Made by a program: the position numbers and the translations under genes
In this document: in pieces, positions 9,225 through 16,862 of the stretch
Layout of the letters: the number at the start of each line of letters is the position of its first letter
Numbering within the stretch: position 1 is the stretch's first letter
Notes under the pieces: generated by a model
Database searches by the model: none
Told to the model about the DNA's origin: nothing
The model's input: the letters and a program-made list of their open reading frames with translations, nothing else
DNA from: Escherichia phage fDHCT2
Sequence record: OR427838.1
Direction: 5' to 3' (one strand)
DNA length: 64,000 nt

Positions 9225-9839
9225 TCAGTAAGAAAGAACGGAAAGATTCCAAATGGTGTAATTATTCCATTTAGGATTTCTCTCAATAGAGTCTACGCGC
9301 AGCGTAGTTCCCGCAGGGAACATCATCTCATCTTCATCATTGATTAATTGTAAGTTTGCTACACGGGTAGATTCAGGAAATGCGCCTGGGAACTCTTCAG
9401 GGGGCGCAGCACATAACATTTTAAAGATTTCTTCCTGATAATTGTATACAAATGGTGCATCATTAATACAAAAGATATTAAATGTTCCATAGAAGTTATA
9501 AGATGCAAAATTCCTTGCCACGTTGAAGTCTTTAGAGAAGCTCATTACTCGGTCGAATTCAATTACGGCACCTACACACATTGTGGACTCTAGATACTTC
9601 ATAGTCTTTTTAGATATGCCGCGATAGAGCTTATCAGGCACTACAGAAGTCAGGTTCTTACGGATAATTTTGTTCAGGGTTTCTTGGATGCAATCCGGTT
9701 TATTTTCCATACACTGCCAGAGGGTACTCTGTTCTAAATCAGAATACACCTCATCAATTTCTATCTGAGTATTCTCACGGAAATCATCGCATTTAGCGTT
9801 GTTGATAAATTCTGCTAATTTATGGCTTGGATATAACAT
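9225..9839 (-). CDS. Mod-family ADP-ribosyltransferase (modA/modB-like)
   Basis: 204 aa; R (LYRGIS), S-x-S (SFSKD) and E-x-E (EDEMMF) motifs; T4 modA/modB position. Confidence 0.75.
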   Translation of the reverse strand: MLYPSHKLAEFINNAKCDDFRENTQIEIDEVYSDLEQSTLWQCMENKPDCIQETLNKIIRKNLTSVVPDKLYRGISKKTMKYLESTMCVGAVIEFDRVMSFSKDFNVARNFASYNFYGTFNIFCINDAPFVYNYQEEIFKMLCAAPPEEFPGAFPESTRVANLQLINDEDEMMFPAGTTLRVDSIERNPKWNNYTIWNLSVLSY

Positions 9840-9864
9840 ATTATTCTCCTCAGTCGATAGAAAG

Positions 9865-9894
9865 ATAGTACCACAAGCTTCCTTGCCTGTAAAC
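9865..9894 (-). promoter_or_regulatory. T4-type early promoter
   Basis: minus GTTTAC (9889-9894), 18 nt, TACTAT (9865-9870), CTATCGAC. Confidence 0.6.
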
Positions 9895-10463
9895 TAAAAA
9901 TCCAACATTTTTAAATGAATTGTTTTATACTCGATTTCATACGGGTCTCTTTTGACGGTTTCGATTGCAACAATCTCAAATCGCGATTGGCTGGAGACCA
10001 TGAACTCACATTCAGTTTCAACCATATCATAGAGGTCAATACGAGTTTCATCAATTTCAAGTTCATCTACATTCCCTGCAAGAACAAGGTCGATAGCATG
10101 ATTGTAGTAGTCGAAAATGAACGGTGCATTCCTGAGACTTAAAATGGTTTTGGTTCCATATTCCCATGCCCCTGCGAACTGACGAGCCTGAGAGTATTGT
10201 GTACTAAAAGAAGTAACGCGACCAGGAGACCATTGACAACCTACTGAAAGGAGCTCTAATTGCTCAAGTTCTCTGGTGGTAATCCCGCGATAAAGCTCTA
10301 CAGGAACGGCCGAAGTAACATGCTTACGAACCAGTTTATCGAGGTCGTAATGAAAGTTAGGGTCCTTTTTAGCATCCAGACATTTCTCTAACAAGGCTTG
10401 TTCAGATTTTGAAAATTTGGAATTGATTCGGTCTTGATAAAGACATTTTCGTTCGATATTCAT
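9894..10463 (-). CDS. Mod-family ADP-ribosyltransferase (modA/modB-like)
   Basis: 189 aa; LYRGIT, SFSTQ, ECEFMV motifs. Confidence 0.75.
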   Translation of the reverse strand: MNIERKCLYQDRINSKFSKSEQALLEKCLDAKKDPNFHYDLDKLVRKHVTSAVPVELYRGITTRELEQLELLSVGCQWSPGRVTSFSTQYSQARQFAGAWEYGTKTILSLRNAPFIFDYYNHAIDLVLAGNVDELEIDETRIDLYDMVETECEFMVSSQSRFEIVAIETVKRDPYEIEYKTIHLKMLDF

Positions 10464-10487
10464 ATGACCTCCAGTGATTTAGAGGTC

Positions 10488-10516
10488 ATTATAACATGAA
10501 GGGAGGAGGTGTAAAA
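10488..10516 (-). promoter_or_regulatory. T4-type early promoter with RBS-sequestering repeat
   Basis: minus TTTTAC (10511-10516), 17 nt, TATAAT (10488-10493); repeat ATGACCTC/GAGGTCAT (10464-10489) covers the SD. Confidence 0.6.
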
Positions 10517-10518
10517 CT

Positions 10519-10707
10519 TTATTTTACCCAAGGAGCCCAAGGTGGAGGGTCTAAGTAATAAGAAGCTAGGTCACTAAGGACCTCTTTAGGCAACTTAAAA
10601 CCATGCTTCTGTATAATCATATCAAGCTCATTGACGAGGTCAACAGGCGGCTCCTGAGTTGTTTCAGGCTCAGGATCCGGAATGACGAACATATCAAATA
10701 AGTCCAT
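10519..10707 (-). CDS. hypothetical small protein
   Basis: 62-aa ORF. Confidence 0.4.
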   Translation of the reverse strand: MDLFDMFVIPDPEPETTQEPPVDLVNELDMIIQKHGFKLPKEVLSDLASYYLDPPPWAPWVK

Positions 10708-11198
10708 TAGTAACCACCGATAGGGCCGTACTCGTACATACGAGCTCGCACCTTAGCATCACGAATAGCGTCTTCAGTCATGGTAAAGCGCAATCCAATA
10801 TCAAAGTGCTTCCAAATCTGACGTTCAACTTCAGTAAGGTCTTCGATAGTAGAAATCAAATACGTACGGCCTTTAAGACGTTCATTGGACATTCTATCAG
10901 TATCTTTATAGAAAATATCCATGGTTCCTTCGGCATACGGGTCTGCCGGATAACGATAACCCTTGATATGCAATGCTTCAGCCAGGCTAAAAGGACAATC
11001 TTCAGCAACATCAACATTTTTGTTATGGTAAGCCTTCATCATAATATTTTCAGGCAGCTTAATATCTTTTAATCGTGTTTCTAACTGGGTTATAGAATTC
11101 ATACCATTGTCAACAAAGATAAGACACACTGTAGCATCATAAGGACGCGTTTGTCCGGCAGAATCACGAACAAAGAATTCTAGTTCATAAACTTTCAT
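10707..11198 (-). CDS. hypothetical protein (mrh position)
   Basis: 163-aa ORF; position only. Confidence 0.55.
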   Translation of the reverse strand: MKVYELEFFVRDSAGQTRPYDATVCLIFVDNGMNSITQLETRLKDIKLPENIMMKAYHNKNVDVAEDCPFSLAEALHIKGYRYPADPYAEGTMDIFYKDTDRMSNERLKGRTYLISTIEDLTEVERQIWKHFDIGLRFTMTEDAIRDAKVRARMYEYGPIGGY

Positions 11199-11352
11199 TA
11201 TGTTTTCCTCTTCTTAGTTTACCTACTAAAGGACCATCCGGAATATTATTTTCTCGGATGTATTTCTCGTTTTCTTCCATCATTTTACTACCAATTTTAA
11301 GAAGCAAATCCAATGCCTCTTTAGCTTGTTTTTCGGCCTCTTCAGTAGTCAT
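11185..11352 (-). CDS. hypothetical small protein (55 aa, hand-called)
   Basis: ATG overlaps upstream stop (ATGA); [35 protein letters not shown]... Confidence 0.35.
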   Translation of the reverse strand: MTTEEAEKQAKEALDLLLKIGSKMMEENEKYIRENNIPDGPLVGKLRRGKHNESL

Positions 11353-11549
11353 GATTTATCCCCATAGATGTCACGCATAATTCTAAGAGCTTCGCGTTCT
11401 AATTTCTTTTCGCGTTCTTCACGGATACCTTTAAGAATCCATTCTTCGGAGTCGCGTTTCATTTCTGCATTGGCTTGGTCTAACCACCCGTCATCAAGAT
11501 AATCGCCAGGACGGTCTAGCCAATCTTTAAGCCATGATAAAGGTTTCAT
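11349..11549 (-). CDS. hypothetical small protein
   Basis: 66-aa ORF. Confidence 0.45.
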   Translation of the reverse strand: MKPLSWLKDWLDRPGDYLDDGWLDQANAEMKRDSEEWILKGIREEREKKLEREALRIMRDIYGDKS

Positions 11550-11884
11550 TAATCACACGAGCCGGACGATGAGTCACAGCTTCCTGAGTCATAAGACGAA
11601 TAAGAAGAATCACCAGTCCAAGAACTGACAGCCGCCGCAACCATAATAGGAGTGGTATCAATATGGCTTGTGCGACGAGCTTCTAGATGTTCTTTTAACT
11701 TTTTAGAATTCAATGGAAGAGCGCCAGGCCCCACATTACCTGCTTTTTCAGGTTGACGGATAACTTCTTCCATCATACCATCGCCCACATAAACATATTC
11801 CCTTAACTTAACGTCTGATGGACTAATAGGAACCGGACCTTCGCCTGGGGTAATTTTGAATAAATTCTTAAGCCACTGAATCAT
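11549..11884 (-). CDS. hypothetical protein
   Basis: 111-aa ORF. Confidence 0.5.
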   Translation of the reverse strand: MIQWLKNLFKITPGEGPVPISPSDVKLREYVYVGDGMMEEVIRQPEKAGNVGPGALPLNSKKLKEHLEARRTSHIDTTPIMVAAAVSSWTGDSSYSSYDSGSCDSSSGSCD

Positions 11885-12078
11885 AGGAAACCTCTCACAA
11901 ATTTTACATCGCCATTGTCTAAGCGGATTTCTGCATTAAATTCTACAGAATTATCTTCATACATCATAAAAGAATGCGTAATAACATCGTCATGATACCC
12001 TAACCCGTATTTAAGCGAAACTTCTTGAGCAATCAAAGCACCTACTGCATTATTAGGTTTAATCCAACGATTTAACAT
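11881..12078 (-). CDS. hypothetical small protein
   Basis: track ORF trimmed to ATG 12078 (RBS GAGGAG), downstream of promoter at 12105-12134. Confidence 0.45.
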   Translation of the reverse strand: MLNRWIKPNNAVGALIAQEVSLKYGLGYHDDVITHSFMMYEDNSVEFNAEIRLDNGDVKFVRGFL

Positions 12079-12104
12079 AGTGTTCTCCTCTATAAGATAA
12101 GACC

Positions 12105-12134
12105 ATCTTAACACGGCCTTCCTAGAAAGTAAAC
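12105..12134 (-). promoter_or_regulatory. T4-type early promoter
   Basis: minus GTTTAC (12129-12134), 18 nt, TAAGAT (12105-12110). Confidence 0.5.
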
Positions 12135-12143
12135 CCTTAAAAA

Positions 12144-12170
12144 CCAAAAAAGGAACCCGAAGGTTCCTTA
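12144..12170 (-). terminator. intrinsic terminator downstream of soc
   Basis: minus AAGGAACC-TTCG-GGTTCCTTTTTTGG. Confidence 0.7.
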
Positions 12171-12173
12171 TAA

Positions 12174-12407
12174 TTAAACTACTGGGGTCGGTGTGAACAT
12201 TGCTGCGTTCTTGGTCTTCCAGTCAGCAGCATCAGTCACTACAGTAGTATAGGCTGCAACGGCCGAAGGGAAAGTCTGATAATGAGAATCTGCAATACGG
12301 TGCTCGTTTGAATAAATCTCAAACGGGACAGACACTTCAACACCTTTAACTTCTTTACCTTCACCAGCTGGATGCGTAAAGGTTTTGATATTAACGAAAC
12401 CACCCAT
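12174..12407 (-). CDS. soc: small outer capsid protein Soc
   Basis: 77 aa; ...YVNIKTF...HYQTFPS... resembles remembered T4 Soc; late promoter upstream. Confidence 0.85.
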   Translation of the reverse strand: MGGFVNIKTFTHPAGEGKEVKGVEVSVPFEIYSNEHRIADSHYQTFPSAVAAYTTVVTDAADWKTKNAAMFTPTPVV

Positions 12408-12438
12408 AATAAACTCCTTTGTTGTTTAATTACAGGTG

Positions 12439-12446
12439 TATTTATA
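12439..12446 (-). promoter_or_regulatory. late promoter TATAAATA (soc)
   Basis: minus TATAAATA about 30 nt upstream of soc ATG, then RBS AAGGAG. Confidence 0.65.
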
Positions 12447-12448
12447 AC

Positions 12449-12970
12449 TTAATAACCTCGGTCTTGACGAGCAAAGTTCTCGGCATTTTTCAGATAATAC
12501 AGTTTAAAGATTTCTTCAGCAGTCAGACCAAGACCTTGGAACATATTCAGAACAAAGTGCAGAATATCAATCATTTCGAATTTAATTTCGAGCTGGTCTT
12601 CAGGAGAGAGTTCGTCAATACGACGATTACGGAATTCGGCATGTTGTGCCTTCCACGGCTTCCACACACTGGATGCGGCTTTCTCACCATTACTCATACC
12701 GCCAAGAGAAGTCAGAAGTTCACGGAATTCATCATCAATATAATCTTTCTGGTTGCGAAGCCAATCAACAACTTGACCTGCTGTAGCTAGTTCATCAGGA
12801 TTGGTGTTGAATTCTGATTTTTCAGTAGCCAAACGAACCTGTAATGATTTCTGCATATCAAGCATAACCTGCAGAGGGTCTTTATCTTCGTGAATCAGAG
12901 CATTAAAATAAGCTTCTTCAGCTTTATCAACACCTGCAATAAGTTGTGAGCATTCGTTAAAGTGTGCCAT
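12449..12970 (-). CDS. 56: dCTP pyrophosphatase gp56
   Basis: start at MAHFNEC (12970, RBS AAGGAAAAA); near-collinear with remembered T4 gp56 (...PLQVMLDMQ...DEFRELLTSLG...). Confidence 0.95.
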   Translation of the reverse strand: MAHFNECSQLIAGVDKAEEAYFNALIHEDKDPLQVMLDMQKSLQVRLATEKSEFNTNPDELATAGQVVDWLRNQKDYIDDEFRELLTSLGGMSNGEKAASSVWKPWKAQHAEFRNRRIDELSPEDQLEIKFEMIDILHFVLNMFQGLGLTAEEIFKLYYLKNAENFARQDRGY

Positions 12971-13060
12971 TATATTTTTCCTTTTCAATTCATTAGTAAG
13001 TTAGATAATTATAAACTGTTAGATTAAAGCGAATAAATATTAATTTAACAGGAGGATAAC

Positions 13061-13261
13061 ATGGGTAGTATTTTTTACCAAATCTGGAAATTGTCCGAAA
13101 AGAAAGACAAGAAAATGATGTTAGGTTTTCTTGCGCTAGACGTGTTCCTTTGGAATCTTCTAGTAGTCCCTGTAGCCGCTAGCCAAGGGATAATTTTACC
13201 AGCGGTTACAATGGAACACGTATTAAGCATAATTGGATTCTTTAGCGGAGTTCCTGCCTAA
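13061..13261 (+). CDS. small hydrophobic protein, plus strand
   Basis: 66 aa; canonical RBS ACAGGAGGATAAC-ATG; no convincing minus ORF in this gap. Confidence 0.45.
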   Translation: MGSIFYQIWKLSEKKDKKMMLGFLALDVFLWNLLVVPVAASQGIILPAVTMEHVLSIIGFFSGVPA

Positions 13262-14286
13262 ATTTTGGAATATTTAGAAAGTCTCATTTTGGCCATTAGA
13301 CCTTGGGCTATATTAGCTTTCATATATGTCAGTACATCATTTATATCAGCTTTATCTTTCATAATCATATCATTTATATCTTTAGAAGGCCATGGAGCCT
13401 TGTCCCAGAATAGAACCCTTTCGCCAGCATCAACTAATCGTTGCATACGCTTAATTGTGTCAGGATGGCGGGGTTCATTGTCCATTACCCAGGCACGAGT
13501 TTCTTTACATGGAACTATAGCCAAATCTAACGACCCACCAGTAATTGCTATTGCATTCGGTACGAATAATGAATCGATAGGACCTTCCATTACCCAGACC
13601 AATTGACGTTCGTCGACTGTATCCATTCCATATATTTTTGTAGCTTGGTCATGAGCTTTTATTGTAATATATTTTTGTGGAGCATCTTTACGCAAGGCTC
13701 GACCCTGAAAACTTTCTATTTGTTTATCCTTATTGAAAATAGGAATAACCAAACGAGGCTCAGGCATTTCTTTAGAATAGGTCCCTGGATTCACAGAGTT
13801 CACCAATGCCGGCCATTCTTTAGTAAACCACAGCCGGTTCCATTTGTTTTCAGGAATGCAACGTAGTGTTACATATTTGATAATAGGATGGTCCTTCGGC
13901 ATTCTATCTAATCGTTCACAGAAATTAAGCTTTTCGATGACAGGCATCTTAGCTTTAATTTTTTCAGATATCTCCACCTTAGGTGCAGCTTGTCTCCCGA
14001 ACGATTGCTCTTTATGTTTCTCAAGAATATATTCTCGATATAAATCCGGCTCATATTCGTATAGATACTTCTTAATTCCTGCTGAATAGTCGCAGTTAAA
14101 ACAGTGCAGCATTACGGAGCCATCATTAGCCGGATAGGCCCAAAAACGAGCTTTGTTCTCATCTTTTTGGGAGTCGCCACATACACGACAACGACAGTTT
14201 AATTTAAAATCACTACCAGTTACTTGTCTGAATTTAGGTTGGTAATTCAAGGCACGTACAGCAAATTCTCTATCGACATATGACAT
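13258..14286 (-). CDS. 61: DNA primase gp61
   Basis: 342 aa; zinc ribbon CRCRVCGD...HCFNC; matches remembered T4 gp61 length and motifs. Confidence 0.95.
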   Translation of the reverse strand: MSYVDREFAVRALNYQPKFRQVTGSDFKLNCRCRVCGDSQKDENKARFWAYPANDGSVMLHCFNCDYSAGIKKYLYEYEPDLYREYILEKHKEQSFGRQAAPKVEISEKIKAKMPVIEKLNFCERLDRMPKDHPIIKYVTLRCIPENKWNRLWFTKEWPALVNSVNPGTYSKEMPEPRLVIPIFNKDKQIESFQGRALRKDAPQKYITIKAHDQATKIYGMDTVDERQLVWVMEGPIDSLFVPNAIAITGGSLDLAIVPCKETRAWVMDNEPRHPDTIKRMQRLVDAGERVLFWDKAPWPSKDINDMIMKDKADINDVLTYMKANIAQGLMAKMRLSKYSKI

Positions 14287-14324
14287 TATTTTTCCTTGGG
14301 CTCTAAATTAATAGAGCCATTATA

Positions 14325-14486
14325 TCATTCGTTTTCGGATTTTTCTTTACGCTTTTTAGATGGGATTTGTTCAGGCCCTTTATTGACGACTGCGCCTGAG
14401 GTAGTTCCGGAGGCAATAGCAGTAGGATTACCACCTGCATCGCCTGCGACCATATCTTCGTTCATAACTTCTTTAAAAGATTTCAT
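14325..14486 (-). CDS. small lysine-rich protein (53 aa, hand-called) behind a late promoter
   Basis: MKSFKEVMNEDMVAGDAGGNPTAIASG...KKRKEKSENE; RBS GGAG. Confidence 0.45.
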   Translation of the reverse strand: MKSFKEVMNEDMVAGDAGGNPTAIASGTTSGAVVNKGPEQIPSKKRKEKSENE

Positions 14487-14499
14487 AGGCTCCTGGCCT

Positions 14500-14507
14500 T
14501 ATTTATA
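14500..14507 (-). promoter_or_regulatory. late promoter TATAAATA
   Basis: minus TATAAATA 13 nt upstream of ATG 14486. Confidence 0.5.
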
Positions 14508-14712
14508 TTACGAAAATAGCTTTATCACCATTTGCATCAGTGACTTCATAGGTATCTTCGTGGTAAAGTGGAATAATCCAAGTCACACCATCATCAGCAA
14601 TAATATGGATAGCTTCTTGGTCTTTTGATATGATTTCATATTCTTCGAATAACTCGAATACAGAAATCTTAGAGCCCGTACACATTGCACTCATATTGTT
14701 CCCTTCTTTCAA
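14503..14712 (-). CDS. hypothetical small protein
   Basis: 69-aa ORF. Confidence 0.45.
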   Translation of the reverse strand: MKEGNNMSAMCTGSKISVFELFEEYEIISKDQEAIHIIADDGVTWIIPLYHEDTYEVTDANGDKAIFVI

Positions 14713-14890
14713 TCAGTTGGCGATGGGCCTTTTTAAGTTTACGAAGCTGGCGCTTAGTCGGCCGTGCAACATAAGCTTGAGTAGTTACTCGCCCAAAAAC
14801 ACCGTACTTAGGTGAAGGAGAATCGATAAAGACTTCCCACTGGCAGGAGTAACCATATACCGCTTTAGAGAATTGAGTTAAAACAAACAT
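14669..14890 (-). CDS. small basic protein, PTKRQ-motif family
   Basis: 73 aa; ...RPTKRQLRKLKKAHRQL...; RBS GAGG. Confidence 0.5.
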   Translation of the reverse strand: MFVLTQFSKAVYGYSCQWEVFIDSPSPKYGVFGRVTTQAYVARPTKRQLRKLKKAHRQLIERREQYECNVYGL

Positions 14891-14891
14891 A

Positions 14892-15326
14892 TTAACCTCG
14901 ATTCATAAAGGCATTAAAAATCTGGTCGTCAATTGAATAAACCGGAGCTTCCAGAATTTTCAACAGACTGTTTTTGATATACTTGCTAGGGATATCCATA
15001 TTAACGCGGCCGTTCAATTCGTTGTCCGGGTGGATATCTTTAAATTCAAACCCATCAAACTCAACCTTGTCCGGAAACCCGTCAGCGAAAAAATAAACCA
15101 ATTGGTGCATTGCATTGAGCGAAAATAATTTAGACTTAACAGCAATAAGTTCTTGCCAATGGTTTAATTCTCTGTTAAGAAGTTTATGAGCCATTGTAAT
15201 TCGATCATCGCTATCAACAAGAAAATAACCTAGGTATTGGTGGTCGTCGCTCCAAAACATCCTGTATGCTTGTGCATTCGGATTTTTACAACGAAGCTTT
15301 TTAATAACCAAAGTTCTGTTAATCAT
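14892..15326 (-). CDS. hypothetical protein
   Basis: track ORF trimmed to ATG 15326 (MINRTLV...) to remove overlap with sp. Confidence 0.5.
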   Translation of the reverse strand: MINRTLVIKKLRCKNPNAQAYRMFWSDDHQYLGYFLVDSDDRITMAHKLLNRELNHWQELIAVKSKLFSLNAMHQLVYFFADGFPDKVEFDGFEFKDIHPDNELNGRVNMDIPSKYIKNSLLKILEAPVYSIDDQIFNAFMNRG

Positions 15327-15327
15327 T

Positions 15328-15621
15328 TTACTCACCTGTAACCTCTTTAACGATGTTTTTGTTATCGAAATTAGCGTCACAATACAAAACATAGTTGTAC
15401 TGCATAACACCTGTTGAAGCTAATTGGTCGGACACTTCTTTAACCATGTCAGGACGGTCACGTTTAGTGATGTTCATGATATCGGCATAAATCTGATGTT
15501 CAACATCAGTTTGGTCGGCAGTCATAGACCACTCACAAAGGTCTTTATCCAATCCGGCCGTTACTGGAGCTGTACCACATGATGCTACGGTAAGAATTGC
15601 TGCGATTAATAACTTTTTCAT
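15328..15621 (-). CDS. sp: spackle-like periplasmic protein
   Basis: 97 aa with signal peptide; T4 sp position between 61 and 41. Confidence 0.7.
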   Translation of the reverse strand: MKKLLIAAILTVASCGTAPVTAGLDKDLCEWSMTADQTDVEHQIYADIMNITKRDRPDMVKEVSDQLASTGVMQYNYVLYCDANFDNKNIVKEVTGE

Positions 15622-15649
15622 TTCAATCTCCTCGTTAGTTGATAGGTCT

Positions 15650-15679
15650 ATAGTATCACCACCATAGACCGTTGTAAAC
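15650..15679 (-). promoter_or_regulatory. T4-type early promoter (sp)
   Basis: minus GTTTAC (15674-15679), 18 nt, TGATACTAT, AGACCTATCAAC. Confidence 0.65.
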
Positions 15680-15680
15680 T

Positions 15681-15920
15681 TTATTTTAACGAATCTTCCA
15701 AATAAATTTTACGGAATTTACGTTTTGTCTGACGAATCTGACGTTTAGTAGGCTTCACAGGAAATTCGAAGAACTCCACGTATTCCTGTTCATAATCATT
15801 ATGACCTACTGAAAGAACTAGTTCCCAGCTGCTTACGGTGCGTTGGATAAACATATTATGCTTACCAAAAGATTTATTCCAAAAAGAACTAGGAGTTGGC
15901 TTCATTAGTACAATATTCAT
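15681..15920 (-). CDS. small basic protein, PTKRQ-motif family
   Basis: 79 aa; ...KPTKRQIRQTKRKFRKIY... Confidence 0.5.
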   Translation of the reverse strand: MNIVLMKPTPSSFWNKSFGKHNMFIQRTVSSWELVLSVGHNDYEQEYVEFFEFPVKPTKRQIRQTKRKFRKIYLEDSLK

Positions 15921-16061
15921 TTATTCCTCGCCTTCATGTTTATGAGCAATTTCTTCGAATTCGTTGTCACAGTCTATACAGGTTGCATTGTCCCAAGCAT
16001 CAAATACTGCTTGGTCTTCGCGGACCGAACAACCACATACTACACATTCTACTTCTTCCAT
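15921..16061 (-). CDS. small zinc-ribbon protein (46 aa, hand-called)
   Basis: MEEVECVVCGCSVREDQAVFDAWDNATCIDCDNEFEE...; stop abuts next ATG. Confidence 0.45.
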   Translation of the reverse strand: MEEVECVVCGCSVREDQAVFDAWDNATCIDCDNEFEEIAHKHEGEE

Positions 16062-16265
16062 TTAGATTTCCTCAATGCGGGCATCATATTCAAAAACTTT
16101 ATTGTCATTAACAAAGGCTTTCACCAGTGCATTATTCACTTCTGCATACTGCACTGTAACCCATTCAATCATTTTTTGGTCACTAACATCCAGCGCAGTT
16201 TCTTTGGTAAACATATTACCGTTTTCAAACCAACCAATAAATACTACGATCTCTAATTTAAACAT
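16062..16265 (-). CDS. Dmd-like small protein, copy 1 (tentative)
   Basis: 67 aa; ...FIGWFENGNMFTKE...WVTVQYAEVNNALVKAF...; T4 dmd position; RBS GAGGAAATCTAA-ATG. Confidence 0.6.
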   Translation of the reverse strand: MFKLEIVVFIGWFENGNMFTKETALDVSDQKMIEWVTVQYAEVNNALVKAFVNDNKVFEYDARIEEI

Positions 16266-16460
16266 TTAGATTTCCTCAATACGTGCATCATGTTCATAAA
16301 CTTCTACGTCATCAACATAGGCCTTAACCAAAATACTATTGACTTCGGCGAATTGGGTAGTCACCCACACAATATCATTTTCACGTACTGAAGCTTCTTT
16401 GGTAGTGGTATCACCGTTATTAAAACAGCATACAAATTTTACCTTAACCAATTTAGACAT
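16266..16460 (-). CDS. Dmd-like small protein, copy 2 (tentative)
   Basis: 64 aa; same ...ARIEEI C-terminus; identical RBS/start junction. Confidence 0.55.
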   Translation of the reverse strand: MSKLVKVKFVCCFNNGDTTTKEASVRENDIVWVTTQFAEVNSILVKAYVDDVEVYEHDARIEEI

Positions 16461-16778
16461 TTAGATTTCCTCGCAGAAGGCCCATTCAGCATGATAAACC
16501 GTAGCGCCTTTAGTATCATTTAAACAAACCACATCCACCGGAGCAATTACACGATAAAGACGAGGTTCTCCTCCCACCGAACGAGCAGCTCGTCCAGCAT
16601 AAATCTTAGCCAAACCAATGTCCTCAGTAAAGAACACACGATTCAAGTTTTTCTTACGACCCGTTTCAGACAGAACTCCTGTTTCCTCAGGAGGACAAAG
16701 CATATTACCAATATTAGCAACACTACAACTTCCATGGTAATACACTTTATATTCCGCTTTACAGTCGATGGTTTTCAT
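16461..16778 (-). CDS. hypothetical protein
   Basis: track start 16790 is TTG; ATG 16778 with RBS GGAGAACAAA; motifs YYHGS and RLYRV. Confidence 0.5.
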   Translation of the reverse strand: MKTIDCKAEYKVYYHGSCSVANIGNMLCPPEETGVLSETGRKKNLNRVFFTEDIGLAKIYAGRAARSVGGEPRLYRVIAPVDVVCLNDTKGATVYHAEWAFCEEI

Positions 16779-16802
16779 TTTGTTCTCCAAGTTGATAGGT
16801 CC

Positions 16803-16831
16803 ATAGTATCATGCCTACAGGAGAAGTAAAC
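16803..16831 (-). promoter_or_regulatory. T4-type early promoter
   Basis: minus GTTTAC (16826-16831), 17 nt, TGATACTAT, GGACCTATCAAC. Confidence 0.65.
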
Positions 16832-16840
16832 CATTAAAAC

Positions 16841-16862
16841 AAAAAAGGAGCCGAAGCTCCTT
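16841..16862 (-). terminator. intrinsic terminator downstream of gene 41
   Basis: minus AGGAGC-TTCG-GCTCCTTTTTTG; overlaps gp41 stop. Confidence 0.7.

Noticed and set aside
16061-16475. Three copies of CATTTAGATTTCCTC at about 200-bp spacing, considered as a CRISPR-like repeat
   Set aside because: Each copy is the stop / RBS / start junction (GAGGAAATCTAA-ATG) of tandem paralogous genes; the 'spacers' are coding.
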